Source of the DNA: Dehalococcoidia bacterium
Lineage (GTDB): Bacteria > Chloroflexota > Dehalococcoidia > Lucifugimonadales > G963668185
Direction of reading: 5' to 3'
DNA length: 64,000 nt
NCBI GenBank assembly: GCA_965249225.1
Contig: CBDFLT010000009.1
Span: forward strand, 91,742 to 155,741
The position numbers were made by a program, and so were the translations under genes. Shown one piece after another: positions 27,026 to 34,868 of this stretch (the stretch's first letter is position 1; each line of letters begins with the position of its first letter). Below the pieces are notes generated by a model, which was not told the origin of the DNA, did no database searches, and saw only the letters and a program-made list of their open reading frames with translations.

Positions 27026-27588
27026 CCTTTGAGATACCGTACGCAACGAGCGGCTCCGCCAGGCGAAGCGTTAATTCGCCCCCTGGTAGATATTAATGTG
27101 TCCGGCTTGAACGCCGCCCAGGCGAACCAGAAGTGGTTGGCATGGACGACGGGGGCCAGTTGACCCCCGCTCAGCGGGCCTTGGATGGCCTCCCCTAGGA
27201 TATTCCACACGCTGCCGGTCTCATTGTCGACTATGCCGCCGTCTTCGGTGCGAAAGGTAAGCTTTCTCCCGTCCAACCGCGGGTCGAACACGCCGGTAGC
27301 TCCCACGGCCCGGGAGTCGGGGTCGATGGCTATAGCAGCCAGGGATACAACGTCGGGCGTGGGAACGGTCTGAAACTGCGGGCTTTCCACTTGAGTTGAG
27401 GTGATCTCCACCCCAGAGTCGGAACCCGACGATGAGCTACATCCTATGCCGACCACTATGCTCGACGTCAGTCCCGGGAGAGCCAGTGAGATCAGCAGCT
27501 TATTCGCGGGGACCACGTGAAAGTTCCTTGGGGAAGCCTTCACTAAGAGGCTCGGACCCACAGCCGTGGCGCAAGGATTGGAAAGCAC
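26878..27588 (-). CDS. Short DUF3179-like lipoprotein; the 3' end is doubtful
   Basis: It has a lipobox-like signal (LLISLALPGLTSSIVVGIGC) and a C-terminal HFWFAWAAFKPDT motif of the kind I associate with DUF3179. The ORF then reads on for about 70 codons and overlaps the convergent aminotransferase by 148 nt. Confidence 0.45.
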   Translation of the reverse strand: MLSNPCATAVGPSLLVKASPRNFHVVPANKLLISLALPGLTSSIVVGIGCSSSSGSDSGVEITSTQVESPQFQTVPTPDVVSLAAIAIDPDSRAVGATGVFDPRLDGRKLTFRTEDGGIVDNETGSVWNILGEAIQGPLSGGQLAPVVHANHFWFAWAAFKPDTLISTRGRINASPGGAARCVRYLKGYISPFSLTSWKDCFMASMIASTSSGVWAAERRDKWSPGTSTPCTSRCM

Positions 27589-27594
27589 CCGACC

Positions 27595-28559
27595 TTAGGT
27601 CGATCCTTCGGTTTTCCACACCTCACTTACCGCAGGAGCTCCGAGGTGCGCGAGGGTCTTGCTATATCTCTCAGCGAATAACTTCGCCGCAGCCTTGTAG
27701 ACGCACATACCTATGTTGGGCGCATCTGTACAGAGCGCGATAAACGGGATACGGGGTATAACGAACACGTTCATAATCGGTAAGAGCCTGCCCAGTTGTG
27801 ATTGTGCCGCCGGATCCCAGCAAGGCCGCCAGAGGGAATGAGTCTCCCGGCTTGGCGATCCGCACCGCGACCTCACCTATTTGGGTCTGATAGGACAGAC
27901 GCGCCTCACCTTTGAGGATGATGAACAGCCTGTCCGCTTGTTCGCCGGCTTGACCAAGCAACGTGCCGGCCGAAACCTGCCATGCGCTCCCAAGATTCGC
28001 CACCTCATCTATTTCGTCATCGGAGAGGTCTTGCAAAATATCGGAGTCGACCGGTTGGTCGGCCTCCTCAGGTAGTGGGGGCTCGAAGCCCGATCCTGTA
28101 TTCGCTTGTTGAGAGAGGTAAATCTCCCAGTCTCGAAGACCCAAAATGCGCACTTCCATAGTGGCCATTCGCTGCACCGGCCTACTGGTGGTGCGCTTAA
28201 TGAGCCTATCGATCCCCTTGCGCTCTCGTACATAGAATGCGATCAGATCGACGCCCTCACTCGCGGAGAAGTCGACGATTGCCTGGGACGCAGATTCGGA
28301 CGCGAGTTCAACGCATCGCCAGCGATGTGTATCTCCCAATTGTTCACGGGCAACGCCTTCGAGATAGGCCGCTGCACTTAAGCCTGATCCCTCTAGATTG
28401 GCGCGGTAAAGTGGGCCTGTCACCGGGTTCCGTGGCGGCGTCCCCTCCCACGTGTAACAGGATAACCTCGGAGTCCGCAGCCAATTCCGACTGAATTAAC
28501 GGAAATACGCGCTCAGACTCTTTGGCTCCATCAAGGGGCAGAAGGACTTTCTTATACAA
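27595..28559 (-). pseudogene. Universal stress protein fused to a cyclic-nucleotide-binding domain; split across three reading frames
   Basis: ORF 28344..28559 gives the USP N-terminus (MYKKVLLPLDGAKESE...VILLHV). ORF 27671..28423 gives the rest of the USP domain plus the cNMP beta-roll (RLFIILKGEARL...GDSFPLAALLG). ORF 27595..27876 gives the cNMP C-helix region (NVFVIPRIPFIALCTDAPNIGMCVYKAAAKLFAERY). The frame changes are near 28423-28428 and 27775-27786. Confidence 0.75.
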
Positions 28560-28576
28560 GGCTTACCTCAGAACGG

Positions 28577-28627
28577 AAACCAAAAAGGCCGCACCGAACC
28601 TACTGAAGAGGTAGATTTGATGCGGCC
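28577..28627 (-). terminator. Intrinsic terminator between the USP genes, directly upstream of the SD of the broken USP-cNMP gene
   Basis: The minus strand has GGCCGCA...TGCGGCC (28587-28627) followed by TTTTTGGTTT. Confidence 0.6.
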
Positions 28628-28669
28628 CCGGTGTACATTGCATAGCAACTCAAACGATGTCACCAGGTG

Positions 28670-28678
28670 ATTATATCA
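28670..28678 (-). promoter_or_regulatory. Extended -10 element (TGATATAAT)
   Basis: The motif is on the minus strand, between the stop of the 28782..29237 USP gene and the 28587-28627 hairpin. Confidence 0.35.
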
Positions 28679-28781
28679 ACCCTCGCGGTCCGATACCTCC
28701 CCGGTCAGGTGAAAGGCGGCCTCTGCCTCACTTAGATTAAGTACCAGGCACGAATGGCGATGCACTCAGTGTGTGTCCGGC

Positions 28782-29237
28782 TTAAGCCGCTATCACCAGC
28801 TCCTTAGGTTTGAACACCTTCACCTCTGTAGGCCTTGCCCTACGCTCGACACCCCTTGCCACGCTGCGCTGTACGAGCCTCGCAAGACCCTTGCGATCGT
28901 GGGTGTACATCGCGACCAGGTCGACCTTCCTGAACCAAGCCACGTCCACGATTCCCTGGGCTACGGACGGACTTACGAACACCTCACGGCGCCAACGCCT
29001 CGGATCGCTTGCCGCTCTATCGATTACCTCTTGTAAGTAACCCATCGCAGCGGAGCGCACCTCCGCCTCCAGCTGATCGGCGGACATCAGATGTCCGTCG
29101 ACTATTTGAGGCTCGCATGGGGGAACTACGTGCAAGAGAATAATCTCACCGTCTGGTGTGAGTTCCTCTTGAGCCAAGGGAATTACGGCCTCCGACTCTT
29201 TGGACTCATCCAGCGGCACTAGGACCTTCTCATACAT
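28782..29237 (-). CDS. Universal stress protein (UspA family)
   Basis: The sequence MYEKVLVPLDESKESEAVIPLA...ILLHV...DLVAMYTHDRKGLARLVQRSVA is typical of USP proteins. Confidence 0.85.
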   Translation of the reverse strand: MYEKVLVPLDESKESEAVIPLAQEELTPDGEIILLHVVPPCEPQIVDGHLMSADQLEAEVRSAAMGYLQEVIDRAASDPRRWRREVFVSPSVAQGIVDVAWFRKVDLVAMYTHDRKGLARLVQRSVARGVERRARPTEVKVFKPKELVIAA

Positions 29238-29327
29238 TGCTACCTCCTTGATTCAACGATGTACGCTGCGTAGCGCTCACTTCAAAAGCACGACCTATCC
29301 TGCTGCTCCTGGGTTGCCGCGGCCTGG

Positions 29328-29792
29328 CTAGCTCGCCAGCATCAACTCGGGAGGGGTGAAGACCTTCACGTCCACGTCTGCATCCGCCTCTCGCTCCACT
29401 TCCCCGGATACGCTGCCCATAATCAACCTGGCGAGACCTTTGCGATCATGGGTGTACAAAGCGATCAAGTCTGCCTCCCTCTTTTGGGCCACGTCCAAGA
29501 TACCCTGCGACACGGACTTATGAACTACTGCTTCATGAGTCCAGACCTCCGTGTCTCCCTTCATTCGACTGGTCACCTCATTTAGGCGTTCCATCGCTTC
29601 AGACCGCTGGAGCTCTTCCAACTCGTCGAAGGGCATAATATGAGGCCCAGGAGCAATCCCCATCGCTGTGTAGGGCCGGATCACGTGGAGAAGAATCATC
29701 TCGCCGTCCGGCGCAAGTTGCTCCTTGGCCAACCGTAATACGGCCTCAGATTTATCGGTTAGGTCCGTTGGTACGAGGATTTTCCGGTACAT
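29328..29792 (-). CDS. Universal stress protein (UspA family)
   Basis: The sequence MYRKILVPTDLTDKSEAVLRLA...ILLHV...DLIALYTHDRKGLARLIMGSVS is typical of USP proteins. I moved the start to ATG 29792, 6 nt after GGAGGTG; the tracked ORF starts at 29831. Confidence 0.85.
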   Translation of the reverse strand: MYRKILVPTDLTDKSEAVLRLAKEQLAPDGEMILLHVIRPYTAMGIAPGPHIMPFDELEELQRSEAMERLNEVTSRMKGDTEVWTHEAVVHKSVSQGILDVAQKREADLIALYTHDRKGLARLIMGSVSGEVEREADADVDVKVFTPPELMLAS

Positions 29793-29805
29793 GGCCCACC
29801 TCCTG

Positions 29806-29859
29806 CATAAACAAAAATGGCTGCACGACACCTACGTTAACCTCGGATATCGTGCAGCC
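29806..29859 (-). terminator. 10-bp hairpin plus U-tract immediately upstream of the USP SD
   Basis: The minus strand reads GGCTGCACGA-N21-TCGTGCAGCC (29819-29859), then ATTTTTGTTTAT, then CAGGAGGTGGGCC-ATG. Confidence 0.55.
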
Positions 29860-30330
29860 ACAGTGCCCATTGGCTTATAGCCTCGTTTTGGCCCTTGTTA
29901 CTCCATCCCTCCGCTGAAGCCTCGTGCGCCGTCATGGCCGAGGCTAATCCACCGTCACCACAACTAGAATCACAAAACGTCTTTGGGTCTATAACTTTGG
30001 CATAGGCCATTAGCCGCAACCGCAATTATCCACTGACGTACGTATTAATCCACAGTTTGTTACGGGTTGTCAACATTGTGCCAATAATCACAACCCTATT
30101 TCGTAGGAACATCCCTATTGTGAAAAAATACACAGCACATGTGAAGCACATCACAAGAAGGATTTCGTAATTCCAAGCTGATTCTAGGGAGGTAACCCAA
30201 CCACATCTGAAAAAACAATGTCTACATCGTCGTTCATCACGACAATACAGCGCATTACGCATTTAGTGAAATTGTTCGCTGCCTAAATCGGCATTTGATG
30301 TTGACGATGCGACGGAACGGTTGCTATGCT
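29860..30330. other. AT-rich (about 40% GC by eye) apparently non-coding patch
   Basis: There is a sharp compositional drop relative to the flanks. Only two short Cys/Trp/Arg-rich minus-strand ORFs lie here. The patch contains phased DnaA-box-like 9-mers (see findings). Confidence 0.6.
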
Positions 30331-30539
30331 GTCGATCACTTTGAGGATTCAGTCGGCGTACTGGAGATGCGCGCTATGGTGGGGAACCAGTGTGAACAGT
30401 CAGGCTGAAGGAAAGCTCGGGCTACCGGTCATCCATATCGTGGCCCAGCGGCCAGAATAATCGTATTCGCTGGTCCGGGGGGAACAGCGTTTCTCTGCCT
30501 AGGCGGATACCCAAGGCTGGGGCTTGGAGTGACCTGAAC

Positions 30540-30779
30540 ATGGTCCTTCGTGATTTACGGCTACTCGCCCTGAGTCAGCCCGGCTATATTTCGGGCGAGA
30601 CCCTGCTTGCGGCTACTGAGCGGGGCACCACCCTGGTAATCTCGGTGTGGGCATCGACTAAGAGCTGGAGAGAATACGAGAACTCACCAAAGAGAAAGGC
30701 CCTCCTGGCTAATTTGGCTCCTTTACTGGCTGAGCCGGAGATCACTGAGGTCTGGGTCGAGTCTCCAGTGATCGGTTAG
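30540..30779 (+). CDS. Antibiotic-biosynthesis-monooxygenase (ABM)-like domain protein, apparently N-terminally short
   Basis: The 79-aa ORF contains LRLLALSQPGYISGETL...LVISVWASTKSWREYENSPKRKAL, which resembles the C-terminal two thirds of an ABM domain. Confidence 0.5.
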   Translation: MVLRDLRLLALSQPGYISGETLLAATERGTTLVISVWASTKSWREYENSPKRKALLANLAPLLAEPEITEVWVESPVIG

Positions 30780-30900
30780 TTGGAGGCCTAGACGCGCCGC
30801 TCAAGAGTACTTTTGGAGGGAGTCTCCAAAACTCGTCAGAGAGAACCGGTAACTCAGCCCTCGTCAATCAGGTGGGATCTGTTCAGGTACGAATAAAACG

Positions 30901-30998
30901 TGGCGGGAGCGAGAGGGAGTCGAACCCACCGCCCCGACCGAAGGGCCGGGGCCAACGGATTTGAAGTCCGCGAAGCCCACCAGGACCCATTCGCCCCC
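30901..30998 (-). tRNA. selC: tRNA-Sec (anticodon UCA), CCA encoded
   Basis: Reverse complement: GGGGGCGA-AT-GGGTCC-TGGT-GGGCTT-C-GCGGA-CTTCAAA-TCCGT-TGGCCCCGGCCCTTCGGTCGGGGCG-GTGGG-TTCGACT-CCCTC-TCGCTCCC-G-CCA. It has an 8-bp acceptor stem, a 6-bp D stem with a 4-nt loop, a 9-bp variable arm and a UCA anticodon. It shares GGACUUCAAAUCC and GGUUCGACUCC with E. coli selC. Confidence 0.9.
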
Positions 30999-31114
30999 GC
31001 AAAAGCGGCCACCCACATTCAAGCTTTTGGCGCAAATTAACCGCTCGGTATGCCTTTCCGCCCATGCAAGAGATCAGACGAACGGGCTAACCGAGCGGCC
31101 TGTGACCTGTGACT

Positions 31115-31441
31115 CTAGGCTATAGCCTCTTCCAGCCGACTCTTGAGAACGGCCTTAGAGACGGCACCTACCACCTGGCCCACCGGCTTTCCGCGGTTGA
31201 AGACCATCAGCGTGGGGATACTGCGAATTCCCAAAGTGGTGGCGGTACCCGGGTTGCTGTCGACGTCGATTTTGGCGAACTTAACCTTGCCATCGTACTC
31301 CTCGGCGAGTTCCTCTACGATGGGGGCGATTATCTTGCACGGAGCGCACCAATCCGCCCAGAAGTCCACCAGCACGGGCGTCTCGGACTTTATGACTTCC
31401 GCTTCAAAGGTCTCGTCGGTGATGTGCTTTGGATGTGCCAT
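31115..31441 (-). CDS. trxA: Thioredoxin
   Basis: The 108-aa ORF has the WCAPC active site and a typical Trx fold sequence. Confidence 0.93.
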   Translation of the reverse strand: MAHPKHITDETFEAEVIKSETPVLVDFWADWCAPCKIIAPIVEELAEEYDGKVKFAKIDVDSNPGTATTLGIRSIPTLMVFNRGKPVGQVVGAVSKAVLKSRLEEAIA

Positions 31442-31529
31442 TTTCCCTCCAGATTGCGGGTCAGCTATGGTGCCGACCCTTTTCTATTAATTTAGATGCA
31501 CTACGCGCGCTACGGATTTCGTCGCCTTC

Positions 31530-32723
31530 TCACTCCACCGCCGATAGAGACGGCATAGCCCTGAGTTTATTGACCAACCCCGGCAGGACCGAGAGCAGGT
31601 AGTCGACGTCCTCCTCGGTGTTATCGGCACCAAGCGTAATCCGCAGGCTACCCTGCGCTACGTCGGCGGACCGTCCTATCGCCAGCAGAACGTGGGACGG
31701 CTCCAGGGACGCGGACGAACATGCACTGCCGCTGGAGGCCATGATGCCCGAAAAGTCCAGGCCAAGAAGTATCGGTTCCCCTTCAACCAATTCAAAGGAT
31801 ATGTTCACGTTATTGGCCAAGCGCTTGGTCGGATGTCCGTTAAGGTATGTCTCGCTAATCCTCTCCTGAACGCCGGCGATGATCTTCTCCCGTAGGTATA
31901 AACAGTGGGCGTTCAGCCGTGCCCTCTCCTGATCGGCCAGACGGAGCGCCGCGGCCAGGCCCACTATACCGGGCACATTTTCCGTCCCCGACCGGCGCTG
32001 GCGCTCCTGGCCACCCCCCATCTGCTGGGCTTCGAACGGCGTGCCCCGCTTGATATAGAGAGCTCCAACTCCTTTCGGCCCGTGGAATTTGTGCGCCGAG
32101 AGGCTCAGCATGTCCACGCCCAGCGACTTGCCGTTCAAGTCGAGAAGCCCCGCCGCCTGAACCGCATCGGTATGCACCACAATCGTCCGCCCCTGGCGAC
32201 TCGCCTCCTCCTTGACCCGCCTGGAGATCTCGGAGACCGGCTCTATTGTGCCGATCTCGTTGTTGGCCAGCATTACGCTGACCAGGATGGTCTGGTCCGT
32301 GACGGCGGCGGCCACTTCTTCCGGGTCTACCAGACCGTACTGGTCAACCGGCAGGTACGTGACCTTAAAGCCGAACTGCTCTAGCTGGTGACAGGTATGC
32401 AGGACGGCGTGGTGCTCTATGCTGGAGGTGATGATGTGGTCTCCCACATACCTGAGCGCGAAGGCAGCGCCTCGCAGCGCGATGTTGTCCGACTCGGTGC
32501 CACCACCGGTGAAGACGATCTCGCTCCTCCTGGCGCCCAGAATTCCAGCCACGGTGTCTCGTGACTCGTCGACGGCCTTGCGCGCCTCCTGGGCCAGCGC
32601 GTACATACTGGATGGGTTGCCGAAGCTCTCTCGAAGGTAGGGCAGCATCGCCTCCAGGACCTCCGGCCGCACCGGCGTAGTGGCCGCGTGGTCCATGTAA
32701 ATTATCCTGTCGGGCGTCGTCAA
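31530..32723 (-). CDS. Cysteine desulfurase (NifS/IscS-like, class V aminotransferase)
   Basis: It has the PLP-lysine motif [15 protein letters not shown] and the active-site loop SSGSACSS. Confidence 0.88.
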   Translation of the reverse strand: MTTPDRIIYMDHAATTPVRPEVLEAMLPYLRESFGNPSSMYALAQEARKAVDESRDTVAGILGARRSEIVFTGGGTESDNIALRGAAFALRYVGDHIITSSIEHHAVLHTCHQLEQFGFKVTYLPVDQYGLVDPEEVAAAVTDQTILVSVMLANNEIGTIEPVSEISRRVKEEASRQGRTIVVHTDAVQAAGLLDLNGKSLGVDMLSLSAHKFHGPKGVGALYIKRGTPFEAQQMGGGQERQRRSGTENVPGIVGLAAALRLADQERARLNAHCLYLREKIIAGVQERISETYLNGHPTKRLANNVNISFELVEGEPILLGLDFSGIMASSGSACSSASLEPSHVLLAIGRSADVAQGSLRITLGADNTEEDVDYLLSVLPGLVNKLRAMPSLSAVE

Positions 32724-32931
32724 ATTACATCCTTGTGAGCACGCGTCCTATGGGCCGGCGGCCCGGTGCTCGGCGTTGATGCTCCACGCGACCCATTCTA
32801 CCACTCGCCCACCACCACTACAACGAATCTCGGCCCCGCCGGATAGCTTCCCACCAGGGCCGTTGTCGGAGCGACCGCGACCGCGCTATACTTCTCCCAG
32901 ACCTTCTATGACAGGCCAACAGATCGCGCTT

Positions 32932-34161
32932 ATGCACGCCGAAATCATATCCATAGGCACCGAGCTTCTCATGGGGGAGATCGTCGACACCAACTCCTCC
33001 CATCTGGCTTCTGGACTCGCCACCCTGGGGGTCGAGTTGCGCTGGGTGACCAAAGTAGGCGACGACCCGGACAGGCTTTACGAGGTGCTGGATAGAGCTT
33101 CGCGCAGGTCCGATGTAACGCTAACCTCCGGCGGCCTGGGGCCCACCTCCGACGATCTGACCAGGGAGACCATCGCCAAGGTCATGGGCGAGGAGATGGA
33201 GGTCCAGGACGATCTGCTGGAGCACCTCAAGAGCCAATTCGCCTCCCTGGGCAGGCACATGCCGGCGACCAACATCAAACAGGCGACCCTGATCCCGGCT
33301 GCGGAGACGATCCCAAATCCCTTGGGGACGGCACCGGGATGGTGGGTCGAGAGGGACGGCAAAATTATCGTCGCCATACCAGGCCCTCCCCAGGAGATGG
33401 AGAGGATGTGGACCCATGAAGTCGCACCGAGAATCAGAAAGCTGAACCCCGACGTCGCAATCGTGACCAGGACACTCAAGACCTTCCACCTTTCCGAGGG
33501 CGGGGTGGACCAGATGGTCGCCCCTCTATTCAGTAGCACCAATCCCCAGCTCGGCATATACGCCAGGCCCGATGGGATTCACCTCCGGGCCATCGCGACG
33601 GCCACCACGGAGGAGGAGGCGCGCGCCCTTTTGGCCCCGATGGTAGATGAGATCCGCAACGCCGTAGGGGACGCCATCTGGGGCGAGGACGACGACACTC
33701 CCGCGGCCAAGGCCGGTTCGCTTTTGCTACAGCGCGGGCTGACCCTCGGCACCCTGGAGTCGTTTACAGGCGGCTTCCTGGCGAGCACGCTCACAGACGA
33801 ACCCGACAGCCGCAAGTTCCTTAAGGGAAGCATCGTCGCGCAGAGCGACGATGTCCTGTCAACGCACGGGGTAGACCGGCATATCATCGATGAGTACGGG
33901 CCCGCCAGCGGACGGGTGGCCGAGGCGATGGCCCAGGCCGCGTGCCTGCAGCTTCACGCCGACGTGGGCATAGGGGTGAGCGAGCTCGTATCCACTCCTA
34001 CGCCGGACAGCGGACCCGACGGCACGTTGCATATCGGCTTTGCTCTAGACGGCCGGACCAGTTCCGTCAGCGAACGCTATCCCGGCCGTCGCCTCCAGAT
34101 AATGAGGAGCTACGCCGCCACCCACGCGCTCCTGGAACTCACACGGCTACTGCGGGAGTAG
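32932..34161 (+). CDS. cinA: CinA-family competence/damage-inducible protein (MoCF-binding plus PncC-like domains)
   Basis: I trimmed the start to MHAEIISIGTELLMGEIVDTNS (ATG 32932; an alternative start is ATG 32908). The Pro/Arg-rich tracked N-terminal extension was rejected. Confidence 0.82.
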   Translation: MHAEIISIGTELLMGEIVDTNSSHLASGLATLGVELRWVTKVGDDPDRLYEVLDRASRRSDVTLTSGGLGPTSDDLTRETIAKVMGEEMEVQDDLLEHLKSQFASLGRHMPATNIKQATLIPAAETIPNPLGTAPGWWVERDGKIIVAIPGPPQEMERMWTHEVAPRIRKLNPDVAIVTRTLKTFHLSEGGVDQMVAPLFSSTNPQLGIYARPDGIHLRAIATATTEEEARALLAPMVDEIRNAVGDAIWGEDDDTPAAKAGSLLLQRGLTLGTLESFTGGFLASTLTDEPDSRKFLKGSIVAQSDDVLSTHGVDRHIIDEYGPASGRVAEAMAQAACLQLHADVGIGVSELVSTPTPDSGPDGTLHIGFALDGRTSSVSERYPGRRLQIMRSYAATHALLELTRLLRE

Positions 34162-34189
34162 CAAGCAGCCTCCAGAGCAAGCACAGGGC

Positions 34190-34819
34190 ATGATCACATC
34201 CACAGACCTGCAAACCGTCGGCGGTCTACTCATAGGTGGATTCGTCTTTTTCTCCGTCGGCGCGGCATTGTGGAAGACCGACTACCAGCGGTCGCTACCC
34301 GAAGCCCTGATGGCCATCGCTCAGTCGCAGCGGAGGTGGCGGTGGATCCATACGTGGATGATAGGGGCCGTGGCTATTACCATCGCCGGGTTAGGTGCCC
34401 TGGCGAGGTTGCTGGCCGACAGCGGAGAGCTCGTCTACGGGACGGTCGGATTCGTGCTATTCGCTGTGGGCGGAACATTATGGCTCGTGGCAGTGGCGTG
34501 GCGGCTCACAGCCCTCGTGATGGCGGCGCGAGAGACCGAGCAGACCGGCACGATTCCTGGTGGTACCGAGGGATGGAGCGAGTGGTTCGGTGTGCTCCAT
34601 TCCATCCATCTGCTCACCGCCTACGTGTCGTGGACGTTCCTCGGCAGCGCAGTCGTCTCCAGCGAGATGGTAGCGGAGTGGCTAGGCTGGCTTGGCGTCG
34701 GGCTGGGAGTGGGGGGAGCTGCAGGTTACGCCGCCTTCAAGGGTGGCCCCTTCGCACCGCCGATACTGGCCCACTTGTACCCTTTCATCCTGGGCATAGC
34801 CCTCCTCGCCAGGGCCTAG
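34190..34819 (+). CDS. Hypothetical polytopic membrane protein
   Basis: The 209-aa ORF has about 6 hydrophobic helices. I did not recognise any family motif. Confidence 0.5.
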   Translation: MITSTDLQTVGGLLIGGFVFFSVGAALWKTDYQRSLPEALMAIAQSQRRWRWIHTWMIGAVAITIAGLGALARLLADSGELVYGTVGFVLFAVGGTLWLVAVAWRLTALVMAARETEQTGTIPGGTEGWSEWFGVLHSIHLLTAYVSWTFLGSAVVSSEMVAEWLGWLGVGLGVGGAAGYAAFKGGPFAPPILAHLYPFILGIALLARA

Positions 34820-34868
34820 CTTCACGACACCGAAAGCTGTTCCGGGGGTACCACGCCAGGCTACCCGG

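Noticed and set aside
29837-30262. Two abutting minus-strand ORFs (78 and 62 aa) separated by an in-frame TAA in the AT-rich patch
   Set aside because: They have a Cys/Trp/Arg-rich composition unlike real proteins, no SD, no recognisable motif and a TTG-only start. I treat them as chance ORFs in AT-rich DNA. I also considered stop-codon read-through but nothing supports it.
30360-30470. Motifs resembling SRP RNA (GTCAGGCTGAAGGAAAGC), RNase P (GGAAAGCTCGGGC) or a cobalamin riboswitch (GGGGAACCAGTGTGAA) upstream of the ABM-like gene
   Set aside because: These are only short partial matches. The complementary conserved elements (SRP 3' strand, RNase P P4/P10-12 signatures, B12 box GCCACTG) are absent, and I could not draw a convincing fold.
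29860-31100. Search for an integrase, transposase or attachment-site repeat that would mark a genomic island at selC
   Set aside because: No recombinase-like ORF is present, and I saw no duplicate of the selC 3' end within the window. The island idea survives only as one interpretation of the AT-rich patch.
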